Source of the DNA: Minisyncoccota bacterium
GTDB lineage: Bacteria > Patescibacteriota > Minisyncoccia > Phycocordibacterales > UBA2100
Direction of reading: 5' to 3'
Assembly (NCBI GenBank): GCA_035500505.1
Contig: DATJXE010000004.1
Span: 1-48,229, forward strand
Length of the DNA stretch: 48,229 bases
This document shows, piece after piece, positions 20,611-27,952 of this stretch. The translations under genes and the position numbers were made by a program. The notes below the pieces were generated by a model. It was not told where the DNA came from. It ran no database searches and saw only the letters and a list, made by a program, of their open reading frames with translations. Position 1 is the stretch's first letter. Each line of letters opens with the position of its first letter.

Positions 20611-20685
20611 TGGTGACCCTACGGGGAATCGAACCCCGCTTTCGACCGTGAGAGGGTCGCGTCCTAGCCGATAGACGATAGGGCC
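20611..20685 (-). tRNA. tRNA-Glu (anticodon CUC), CCA encoded
   Basis: Manual cloverleaf: GGCCCTA/TAGGGTC acceptor stem, GTCT/GGAC D stem, CGACC-CTCTCAC-GGTCG anticodon arm, CGGGG-TTCGATT-CCCCG T arm, then A-CCA. Confidence 0.9.
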
Positions 20686-20733
20686 TTCGCGCAAGATTAT
20701 AGCGATTTTGGGGCAGTTTGCGAGTTACTCGGT

Positions 20734-22509
20734 CTATCGATCCGGCGGGATATCGTAGTAGTTGATGAGGAATTGCGCGAGTTTGTAGAAAGGTTCAGCG
20801 AGCGTATCCGCGGCATATTTTTGGCCGATGGGTTTGTAGGCAAAGAGGAAAACGACGAACCTCGGCTTGGTCGCCGGAAAGTACCCGAAGAACGAGTGGA
20901 GGTATACGTCGCCCGGTATGTAGCCGCCTGTTGCCGGATCGGGAATTTGCGCAGTGCCTGTCTTGGCGCCGGCGGTGTAGTGATCCATTTTGATGGCGCC
21001 GTTGAGCTCAAAATTATCATAGACCGTCTGCAGCATCTGGTTCACCGTTTGTGCGCTCGAGGGCTTCAAGACCTGCGGCCCTTCCGTGACGGGAATGGTA
21101 CGCGTCACGCCGCTTTCGTACTGGATACCGGTAACGACGTGCGGATCCGGGAGCTGGCCGTTGTTGGGAATGACGGAGAGCGCACGGACCATCTCTATCG
21201 GCGTTTCAGTGATGCCCTGCCCGAACGCGGCGGTCGCGAAGTTCACCGCCGGCCCTTGGCCGTCATCAAGATTGGAAAGGTCACCGACCTGCTCATTGGG
21301 AAGGTCGATGCCTGTCGGCTGCCCCAAATCGTACGCTTTCATGTAATTCGTGAATGTCGGATAGCCCGTTTTCGTCGCGACCCACGCGGCGCCGACGTTG
21401 AGCGAGAGGTTGAGGATGGTCTGTACTGGAATAACGCCGCGCGCCTTCAGGTCGAAGTTGCACACTTGGTAGCCGGAATATGTGGCGCAGCCGGTGTCTT
21501 TGTATGTCGTCGCCGTCGTCACCGCGCCGCTGTCCATTCCCGCCGCCATCGTGAGCGGTTTCATGATGGACCCCATTTCCCAACGCCCCGAAACAAGATT
21601 GTTGGTGAAGAGCGCGGGATTGGTCACCGTGTTGTAGGAATTGGGATCGAAGCTCGGTTCCTGCGCCATCGCGTAAATTTCTCCCGTGTGCGGGTCCATG
21701 ATGATGCCGCCGTCGTACTGCGGCGTGTATTGCTGCATCACTTGCTGCAAAGTGTCGGTAAGTTTTTGTTCGACCGTCGGTTCTATCGACGTGATGATGG
21801 AACCATGTTGTGAGGACGGGTCGGAAGCAACGATGTCCTGTACGTTGGTGAAAATTTCGGCGAACGGATTCACGTACAAACCGGACGATGATTCCGTCAA
21901 CGTGTCGTTGTACTCCTTCTCGAGCCCGTACTCGCCCACCTTCGTCGTCGAGGTACCCACGTATCCGACGAAACCCAACACCTGCGCGGCGAGCGATCCT
22001 CCGGGATACGCACGCCAGCTGTCGTCGGAAACGATGACGCCGGGAATGTTGAGTGCTATCACTTTTGATTCGTTGCCGTCCTGGATGTGGTTCTCAACGA
22101 CAATGTAGTTCCCCGTGGAATTCGCCGCGCTCAAGAACGTCTCTTTGTCGACGGGGGTGATGGCGTTCAGTTTCGCGTAAGCGGCCTGCGCGTCCGTTAT
22201 CTTGCTCGGGTTGAGCGCTATGGAGTAGCCTGTTTCGGAAACGGCAGCGGCGACGAGTTGCCCGTCCCTGGTCGTGAAGTAGATCGTGCCGCGGTTACCG
22301 CCCGTCGACGGATCGGGAGCCACGTACTGGCCCATCCCCTCTTCTTGGTACGAAGCGCCGTGAATGATCTGCACGAAGTAGAGCCGGAGTGCGAGGAGAA
22401 GCGCGACACAAATAAAAAAGGCGGAGAGTATCCGCGTCCGCCATCGCAAGCTCGATCTCATCGCAAAATTATATCGCGCGCGCGGCCGAGGCGACCGCAG
22501 CGGCGGCAT
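20734..22509 (-). CDS. ftsI: peptidoglycan D,D-transpeptidase (class B PBP, FtsI/PBP2-like)
   Basis: SxxK (GSIMKP), SxN (LSLNVG), KTG (AKTGTA). N-terminal TM helix. Lies downstream of the ftsL-like gene. The start may be the Met at 22461. Confidence 0.92.
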   Translation of the reverse strand: MPPLRSPRPRARYNFAMRSSLRWRTRILSAFFICVALLLALRLYFVQIIHGASYQEEGMGQYVAPDPSTGGNRGTIYFTTRDGQLVAAAVSETGYSIALNPSKITDAQAAYAKLNAITPVDKETFLSAANSTGNYIVVENHIQDGNESKVIALNIPGVIVSDDSWRAYPGGSLAAQVLGFVGYVGTSTTKVGEYGLEKEYNDTLTESSSGLYVNPFAEIFTNVQDIVASDPSSQHGSIITSIEPTVEQKLTDTLQQVMQQYTPQYDGGIIMDPHTGEIYAMAQEPSFDPNSYNTVTNPALFTNNLVSGRWEMGSIMKPLTMAAGMDSGAVTTATTYKDTGCATYSGYQVCNFDLKARGVIPVQTILNLSLNVGAAWVATKTGYPTFTNYMKAYDLGQPTGIDLPNEQVGDLSNLDDGQGPAVNFATAAFGQGITETPIEMVRALSVIPNNGQLPDPHVVTGIQYESGVTRTIPVTEGPQVLKPSSAQTVNQMLQTVYDNFELNGAIKMDHYTAGAKTGTAQIPDPATGGYIPGDVYLHSFFGYFPATKPRFVVFLFAYKPIGQKYAADTLAEPFYKLAQFLINYYDIPPDR

Positions 22510-22879
22510 TCCCCGGGCGGTAGACGTATTGTGTCTGCTGTATCGGGGCGAGGCCCATCTGGCTCGCCTCTTGGGGTGTTATGGATTGCGAAAGCGCGAA
22601 GTACTGCTGTTCGAGACTGCCGATGGATTGCTGAAGGTCGGCCGATGTCGCGTCGGCCTGCTTGCGCGCGATGACATTGAGCACGCTCGCGACGACGAGG
22701 TAGAAGTAGGCGCAAATGAAGAGGCCGAGCACTACCAAGAGTACGGTGAACATGATGCGCTCCGCCGGGTGTTCGATGGCGAGCACAGGGGTCTGACGTT
22801 TCGAAACCGCTTCAAAATCGAATGCTCCCTGAAATACCGAGGGTTTTAGTCTGCTGATATGAAAAGTTCGTTTTGTCAT
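22469..22879 (-). CDS. ftsL: FtsL-like cell-division membrane protein (136 aa)
   Basis: Internal start MTKRTF overlaps the rsmH stop. One TM helix followed by a Q-rich helical region. Lies between rsmH and ftsI. Confidence 0.6.
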   Translation of the reverse strand: MTKRTFHISRLKPSVFQGAFDFEAVSKRQTPVLAIEHPAERIMFTVLLVVLGLFICAYFYLVVASVLNVIARKQADATSADLQQSIGSLEQQYFALSQSITPQEASQMGLAPIQQTQYVYRPGNAAAAVASAARAI

Positions 22880-23823
22880 GTTGTTTTTTGGATCACGCGA
22901 AGCTTTGCGCTTCTTGCACGGGGGTTTTCTTGGATCTCTTCTCGGGTCGGAGTAACAGGTTTTTTCGAGATAAGCATTCCACCCTGCTCGACGAGACTCG
23001 CAAAGAAGCGTTTGACCTCTCTGTCTTCGATGGAATGGAACGTGATGACCGCGATCCTTCCGCCGGGCGCCAGGTTCTTCCACGCCGCAGCAAGTCCTTC
23101 CTTGAGACTTCCGAGTTCATCGTTGACGGCAATGCGCAGAGCCTGAAAGGTTTTCGTCGCCGGATGGATGCGACCGAACCGGCTGCGTGCCGGCACCGCC
23201 GCTTTTACGACATCGGCAAGTTCTCGCGCGGTCTCAAATTTCTTTTTTTCGCGCTCTTCAACGATGCGCTTGGCGATGCGCCGCGCGTATCGTTCTTGCC
23301 CCCATCCGAAGATGACGTCTGCGATCGAACCCTCGCTCCACGTATTGACTATCATTCCCGCGTTGAGAGCACCTCCTTCTTTGGCGTAGGTCATGAGGAG
23401 TGGTTCATCTTTTTGAAAAGAGAATCCCCTGCCCGCGTCGAGTTGGTATGAGCTCCAGCCGAGGTCGAAGAGTGCTTTGTCGATGGTTCCGATGTTGAAC
23501 TTCTTGAGCTCTCCTTCGAGATCCTTGAAATTCCCTTCGACGAAATGTGTTGTGCAAATGCTGCCTTCGAGAGCCGCTTGGGCTCGCTGGATAGCGTCCG
23601 CGTCGAGATCGAAGCCGATGAAGGTTCCGTCCCGGCCGAGTTTGGACACGATCTCTCTTGCGTGTCCTGCCCCTCCGAGCGTTGCGTCAACGACCGTGTC
23701 GTCCGCTGAAAGTGCGAGTGAGTCGATCGCTTGGTGTGAAAGAACGCTTCGGTGCCTGCCCGCCGTAGAGGAGGACACTGATGACACCGGATCGCTGGAA
23801 GACTGTGAGCGTCGCGTGCGCAT
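22876..23823 (-). CDS. rsmH: 16S rRNA (cytosine1402-N4)-methyltransferase
   Basis: VVDATLGGAGHA SAM motif, DLGWSSYQLD, ITFHSIEDR. Confidence 0.95.
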   Translation of the reverse strand: MRTRRSQSSSDPVSSVSSSTAGRHRSVLSHQAIDSLALSADDTVVDATLGGAGHAREIVSKLGRDGTFIGFDLDADAIQRAQAALEGSICTTHFVEGNFKDLEGELKKFNIGTIDKALFDLGWSSYQLDAGRGFSFQKDEPLLMTYAKEGGALNAGMIVNTWSEGSIADVIFGWGQERYARRIAKRIVEEREKKKFETARELADVVKAAVPARSRFGRIHPATKTFQALRIAVNDELGSLKEGLAAAWKNLAPGGRIAVITFHSIEDREVKRFFASLVEQGGMLISKKPVTPTREEIQENPRARSAKLRVIQKTT

Positions 23824-23871
23824 GACGTTTGAAAAGTCCTCCAGCTATCCGGGGTTATCAATTAATGGGAG

Positions 23872-24315
23872 TTAGAGGGCGCCTATCTCGCCGAGCTTCT
23901 TGGCCATTTTGTCGGCATCTTTTTCGATGCGTGCCTTGTAGCTCTTCCACTTGGCTGCGTCCCAGACTTCGACATGGTCCGAAACGCCAGTAAACACGAC
24001 ATTCTTCCTGAGCTGCGCATACTCTTTCTGGTGGTCCGGAATGAGGATGCGCCCCACCCCGTCGACCTCGACTTCCGCAGCGCCCGAGAGCATGAAGCGG
24101 TTGAAACCGCGCGTGTCCTCGTTGACTATCGAAAGCGATTGCAGGCGCTCCGCCACCTTGCCCCACGCGCTGTGCGCGTAGACGTAAAGACAGTTGTCCA
24201 AGCCCCGCGTCATCACCACTTTCTTTCCAAGGGCGGCGCGGAATGTCTTGGGGAGCGAAACTCGTTTCTTCTCGTCGAGCGTGTGCTCGTATTCGCCGAT
24301 CAGCAGGTTTGTCAT
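23872..24315 (-). CDS. mraZ: transcriptional regulator MraZ
   Basis: Two SpoVT/AbrB-like repeats: LDEKKRVSLPKTFR and VDGVGRILIPDHQKEY. Confidence 0.95.
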   Translation of the reverse strand: MTNLLIGEYEHTLDEKKRVSLPKTFRAALGKKVVMTRGLDNCLYVYAHSAWGKVAERLQSLSIVNEDTRGFNRFMLSGAAEVEVDGVGRILIPDHQKEYAQLRKNVVFTGVSDHVEVWDAAKWKSYKARIEKDADKMAKKLGEIGAL

Positions 24316-24321
24316 GATTTA

Positions 24322-24356
24322 CCACTCTTTCCCACTAGGATTGAGTATATACCACT
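24322..24356 (-). promoter_or_regulatory. candidate MraZ boxes: three AGTGG repeats spaced 10 and 20 nt apart
   Basis: CCACT on the plus strand at 24322, 24332 and 24352, immediately upstream of the mraZ ATG. The helical-phase spacing resembles known GTGGG-type MraZ operators. Confidence 0.45.
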
Positions 24357-24385
24357 ATACCCTACTGCAAGGCAGTTATCCACAC

Positions 24386-24410
24386 AAGAAAAACCGCCTG
24401 GGTAGGCGGC
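24386..24410 (-). terminator. rho-independent terminator after ORF 24432..24827
   Basis: Minus strand reads CCGCCT-ACCC-AGGCGG followed by TTTTTCTT. Confidence 0.7.
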
Positions 24411-24431
24411 CCCGAGGTCGAAGAAACGGCT

Positions 24432-24827
24432 CTATTGCTTAGAATCTGTTTGGAAGGAGGTAAGCAAAACGGTTTGATGGTCCAAAAGCTCTAGAAGTCC
24501 CTCTTCAATAGTGGTCCGGAGATCATGCGCAATACTTTTGTCAGCTTGTATCTCTTCGATCTCTTTTTTTATCATTTTTTCGGTTGCCATCAGCTCTGTA
24601 TAGAGATGTTTTCCAAGTTGGTCGCTCGTCCCACCGGCCAACTGTCCAAGTTCAACGTCGAGTGCTTCCAGCTGTGCTTCGCAGGCATCAATGGCTTGTT
24701 CGAAATCGGAAAAGTCTTCCTTTGCCTCCTCGAGCTGCGTCGTCAAATTACGTATTAATTTCACCAACCTCGCGAACGTGACCATGAGCTCGGATCCTGA
24801 TTCGGGAGGAGCTTCCATGCTTGTCAT
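24432..24827 (-). CDS. hypothetical acidic coiled-coil protein (131 aa)
   Basis: ORF track entry, followed by an intrinsic terminator. E/L/Q-rich heptad-like sequence. Confidence 0.5.
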   Translation of the reverse strand: MTSMEAPPESGSELMVTFARLVKLIRNLTTQLEEAKEDFSDFEQAIDACEAQLEALDVELGQLAGGTSDQLGKHLYTELMATEKMIKKEIEEIQADKSIAHDLRTTIEEGLLELLDHQTVLLTSFQTDSKQ

Positions 24828-24850
24828 ATAGCGTATGATACCATCGCTTC

Positions 24851-26434
24851 ATGTTGAGCGTATTCAAGGGGGCAACGAAGGAAGCCCTCGAATCTATCGC
24901 CGAGGAAATGCGGGTGCGGCAGACGAAGCAGTTCGTCATGCTTTTTTCGATGGGCTCACAATTCGACCACCTCATCGTGCAGACCCTCGCCAAGCTCGGT
25001 GTGTATTGCGTCGTCGCAGATCCGGCGTCGGTGACAGCCGACGACGTGAAGAAGGCGGCGCCCGCAGGCATCATTCTCTCCGGTGGGCCGGCATCCGTCT
25101 TTGACGAACCGCCGCCATTTGATGAAAAAATATTCGACCTCGGCATTCCGCTCTTGGGTATTTGTCTCGGGTTCCAGATGTGGGCGAAACATGCGGGCGC
25201 GAAAGTAACGCCGCAGCAAAAGCGCGAGTTCGGCGTTCATGAGTTCCGCGTTACGAAAGACTCCCCGCTTTTCGCCGGCGTCGCAAAGAGAACACAGGTG
25301 CTCGAAAGTCATGGCGACGCCGTCAGTGACGCGCCATTCGAAGTTCTGGGTTCGACCGACAACGCAGAAATCGCGGCCGGAAACGCGAAACACCTGTGGG
25401 GCGTGCAGTTCCATCCCGAAGTGACCGACACGACCGAAGGCGTGAAAATGTACGACAACTTTTTGAATATCTGCGGCATCATCGAGCGCTTCCCTGCCGA
25501 GAGCGTTGCGAAGAAAAAGATAGAAGAGCTGAAAAAGGTTGTTGTGGGCAAGAAAGTTTTGATAGCACTTTCTGGCGGCTCGGATTCTTCCGTCGTTGCA
25601 TATCTTTTGAAAGAATCGGGAGCAACGTTAAAAGGCGTGTACATTCGCGGCATCGACAGGCCGGACGACGAGGCCTATGTGAAAAAATATTTTGGGAACG
25701 AGAATTGGATCGAACTCGACATCGCGGATGCGACCAAGGAATTTTTGCATGCGCTCAAAGGCAAAACGCATATGCGCGACAAGCGTATGGCCATGCGCGG
25801 CATTTACAAGGACGTGCTGGAAAAGGAAATAAAGAAATTCGGTGCCGATTTCATTGCGCAAGGCACGCTCTACACCGACGTGCGCGAGAGCGGCCATGGG
25901 CACGAAACGGGTGCGCGCGTCGCAGAAATAAAGGTGCACCACAACGTAAAGCTCGGCTTTTTGGTGCCCGAGATCTCCCCGCTTGAGACCGAGGTGAAGG
26001 ATTCCGCCCGTGCTATAGGCCGAGAATTGGGCGTTCCCGAAGACCTGCTCGTTCGGCATCCCTTCCCAGGCCCCGGCCTGGTAGTGCGCATCGAAGGCGA
26101 AGTGACGGCAGAAAGCCTACGAGTCGCACGCGCGTGCGACGGTATCTACATAGACGAGCTTCGCAAGGCTGGCCTGTACGAAACGGTCTGGCAGGCCGGA
26201 GCCACACTTACTCATTCAATGCATACTGAAAGCAAAGGCGACGGTGCAGGCCTCGGCCACGTGCTCGCGCTCTGGGCCGTCTGGAGCGTCAACGGTTTCA
26301 CCGCGCGCTTCGCCCAGCTTCCCTACGACTTCCTCGACAAAGTCTCGCGCCGCATCACCAACGAGGTCCGCGAAGTCGGCGCGGTTGTCTATCGCATCTC
26401 TGACAAGCCGCCTTCTACTATTGAGTGGGGGTGA
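24851..26434 (+). CDS. guaA: GMP synthase (glutamine-hydrolysing)
   Basis: GATase LGICLGFQ, PP-loop ALSGGSDSSV, and C-terminal PPSTIEWG. Confidence 0.96.
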   Translation: MLSVFKGATKEALESIAEEMRVRQTKQFVMLFSMGSQFDHLIVQTLAKLGVYCVVADPASVTADDVKKAAPAGIILSGGPASVFDEPPPFDEKIFDLGIPLLGICLGFQMWAKHAGAKVTPQQKREFGVHEFRVTKDSPLFAGVAKRTQVLESHGDAVSDAPFEVLGSTDNAEIAAGNAKHLWGVQFHPEVTDTTEGVKMYDNFLNICGIIERFPAESVAKKKIEELKKVVVGKKVLIALSGGSDSSVVAYLLKESGATLKGVYIRGIDRPDDEAYVKKYFGNENWIELDIADATKEFLHALKGKTHMRDKRMAMRGIYKDVLEKEIKKFGADFIAQGTLYTDVRESGHGHETGARVAEIKVHHNVKLGFLVPEISPLETEVKDSARAIGRELGVPEDLLVRHPFPGPGLVVRIEGEVTAESLRVARACDGIYIDELRKAGLYETVWQAGATLTHSMHTESKGDGAGLGHVLALWAVWSVNGFTARFAQLPYDFLDKVSRRITNEVREVGAVVYRISDKPPSTIEWG

Positions 26435-26443
26435 TCAATTTTG

Positions 26444-26555
26444 TGGACCCACGGGGGGAGACGAATCCTGGGAAACCCTCGGTTTTCCCATACCTTCCTC
26501 CGCGGGAAAACAAATGTTTTCCCGACCCCTTTCCTGTTCGACTCCCCGTGCGGCA
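26444..26555 (-). repeat. tRNA-linked hairpin element, copy A (about 112 nt)
   Basis: Homologous to copy B. On the minus strand it starts with an antisense tRNA-3'-end-like segment (GCCGCACGGGGAGTCGAA). It contains hairpins at 26503-26524 and 26469-26490. It ends with TTCGTCTCCCCCCGTGGGTCCA, a near copy of the tRNA-Ala T-loop-to-3' end. Confidence 0.8.
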
Positions 26556-26597
26556 AAAAGGACGAAAACCCGCACAAGGCGGGTTCCGTCATTTTTT
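26556..26597. terminator. bidirectional intrinsic terminator between guaA/element A and tRNA-Ala
   Basis: Stem ACCCGC-ACAAG-GCGGGT at 26568-26584, flanked by an A-run and a T-run. Confidence 0.6.
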
Positions 26598-26667
26598 GGA
26601 CCCACGGGGAGTCGAACCCCGACCTGTTCCATGCCATGGAACCGTTCTACCGCTATACTATGGGCCC
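26597..26667 (-). tRNA. tRNA-Ala (anticodon GGC), no encoded CCA
   Basis: Manual fold: GGGCCCA/TGGGTCC acceptor stem with G3:U70, GTTCC-ATGGCAT-GGAAC anticodon arm, CGGGG-TTCGACT-CCCCG T arm. The D stem has one A:A mismatch. Confidence 0.85.
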
Positions 26668-26681
26668 TAGAGAGAAACAAA

Positions 26682-26710
26682 GTGAGGATACTACGTATTC
26701 TCACTTTTTT
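26682..26710. terminator. 10-bp hairpin plus T-run just upstream of the tRNA-Ala 5' end
   Basis: GTGAGGATAC-TAC-GTATTCTCAC (one G:T pair) followed by TTTTTT on the plus strand. The minus strand is also T-rich after the hairpin. Confidence 0.5.
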
Positions 26711-26814
26711 CGAGCGACGGGTCCAAAAGCTTCCGCTTATGGGCCCTAGCGAGTCGTCATCGTAGCAGATTTCTTCTCACGCGCGAAGCCGTAAGTTGAT
26801 TTGCCGGCCAAAAT

Positions 26815-27258
26815 GTGTTACAAATATGGCCGCGAAGTCAACGAAAAAGGTTCCAGAACATGCTCCTGTGGCATCTACGGCCGGATATTTTCAAAGAAGC
26901 GACGCTGAATCTGGGCTTCAAGGACCGAAATCTCGAGTGGTCACCGGAGAAAGTCGCCCTCTGTGCAAGCACGCTCCGGGCCATTATTGAGGTTGCGCCA
27001 GATCATGCGGACGACACGGACAAGGATCTTATGGGGGTGGTGGACGGTGTCATGTTGAAGTTCTATCCTCACCACCAACGTTGGGACGATCCACGACTGC
27101 AACGGTTCCTTCTCGAAAACGCGACGAAGCTGGAAACGGTCGCAAATGATGAACCGATCGAAAAGGAGGAGCTCGAAAGGCTTTTCCGATTTTGCGAGGA
27201 AATGTGGATCGCTCTCGCTTCCTTCGACGCAAGAAGGAATGCTTCCAACCGACAATGA
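26815..27258 (+). CDS. orphan hypothetical protein (147 aa; likely start at the Met at 26860)
   Basis: ORF track entry. It is the only sizeable ORF between the divergent tRNA-Ala and tRNA-Arg. I recognise no motif. Confidence 0.45.
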   Translation: MLQIWPRSQRKRFQNMLLWHLRPDIFKEATLNLGFKDRNLEWSPEKVALCASTLRAIIEVAPDHADDTDKDLMGVVDGVMLKFYPHHQRWDDPRLQRFLLENATKLETVANDEPIEKEELERLFRFCEEMWIALASFDARRNASNRQ

Positions 27259-27336
27259 CTCGTGCGACGTGAAGGAGTCCGGTAATGCGCCGGACTCCTC
27301 ATTCTTTTCAAACACGATATATACTTTGCCACACAC

Positions 27337-27408
27337 GCTCCCATAGTTTAATGGATAGAACGCGGGATTCCGGATCCCGTAATCGAGGTTCGATTCCTCG
27401 TGGGAGCA
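27337..27408 (+). tRNA. tRNA-Arg (anticodon CCG), no encoded CCA
   Basis: Manual fold: GCTCCCA/TGGGAGC acceptor stem, GTTT/GAAC D stem, CGGGA-TTCCGGA-TCCCG anticodon arm, CGAGG-TTCGATT-CCTCG T arm. Confidence 0.9.
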
Positions 27409-27423
27409 AAATAAGTATTTTTT

Positions 27424-27533
27424 GCGACCAACAGGAATCGAACAGGAGGGGGTCGGGGAACCTGCCGGTTTCCCGTGGAGGAAGGATTGGGAAAACCGAG
27501 GGTTTCCCAGTCGTTCCATTTCTCGTGGGAGCA
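27424..27533 (+). repeat. tRNA-linked hairpin element, copy B (about 110 nt)
   Basis: Starts with GCGACCAACAGGAATCGAA (antisense tRNA-3'-end-like). Contains hairpins at 27454-27475 and 27488-27509. Ends with TTCCATTTCTCGTGGGAGCA, a near copy of the tRNA-Arg T-loop-to-3' end. Confidence 0.8.
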
Positions 27534-27554
27534 CAAGACAATGCGAAAAGCACA

Positions 27555-27582
27555 GGCGGCCCTAGGGCCGCCGGCGCTTTTT
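27555..27582. terminator. intrinsic terminator between element B and the SWIB gene
   Basis: GGCGGC-CCTAGG-GCCGCC, then GGCGCTTTTT on the plus strand. The minus strand has a weaker T-tract. Confidence 0.65.
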
Positions 27583-27600
27583 CCACGTTTCTACCCTTTC

Positions 27601-27858
27601 TTACTTCATGTGGCCCGAGACGAGCTTCGTCATCTCGAACATCGTTACTTCGCCTTTGCCGCCAAAGAGGGGCTTCAGCTTGTCGTCCGCCATGATATTG
27701 CGCTTGTTCTGGGGATTCTGGAGGTTGTTCTTCTTGATGTACTCCCAGATCTTCTTCACGACCGTGCCGCGGGACATGGGACCTTTCCCCACGACCGCCT
27801 CGAGGGTCGCATCGAGCTCCAGGGGCTTCAAAAGTGCCGGATTCGCTTTTCTGACCAT
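27601..27858 (-). CDS. SWIB/MDM2 domain protein (85 aa)
   Basis: MSRGTVVKKIWEYIKKNNLQNPQNKRNIMADDKLKPLFG matches the SWIB signature. Confidence 0.85.
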   Translation of the reverse strand: MVRKANPALLKPLELDATLEAVVGKGPMSRGTVVKKIWEYIKKNNLQNPQNKRNIMADDKLKPLFGGKGEVTMFEMTKLVSGHMK

Positions 27859-27911
27859 ATATTAGGTGATTGCTAATTGCTAAGTTGTTACCGCGCCATT
27901 GTAACAAGCCC

Positions 27912-27938
27912 GCAAGGGAGCGCCAGAGGCGCTCCCTT
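27912..27938 (-). terminator. 12-bp hairpin downstream of amtB
   Basis: CAAGGGAGCGCC-AGA-GGCGCTCCCTTG. The following minus-strand sequence is only weakly T-rich. Confidence 0.5.
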
Positions 27939-27952
27939 GGCCTGTGCAAAAC

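Noticed and set aside
22880-23083. The N-terminal 68 codons of ORF 22469..23083, and the similar N-terminal extensions of ORFs 32218..33333, 33222..33509, 41536..43080, 45707..46000 and 47035..48156.
   Set aside because: The extensions overlap the upstream or divergent genes and are Arg/Pro-rich. Internal Met codons give starts that abut neighbouring genes and begin with signal, TM or family-typical N-termini.
26441-27540. A CRISPR array, or additional tRNA genes on the opposite strand of elements A and B.
   Set aside because: The repeated TGGACCCACGGGG and CTCGTGGGAGCA segments are single duplications of tRNA 3' ends, not regularly spaced repeats. The opposite-strand reading ends in T-loop/acceptor-like sequence but has no matching 5' acceptor strand, D arm or anticodon arm.
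26435-27560. A micro-ORF (M/L)GKPRVSQ... preceded by GGAGGA inside both hairpin elements.
   Set aside because: The shared peptide is encoded by the block that is identical at the DNA level, so it carries no independent coding evidence. Downstream of that block the two reading frames diverge completely (18 aa against more than 100 aa running antisense into the SWIB gene).
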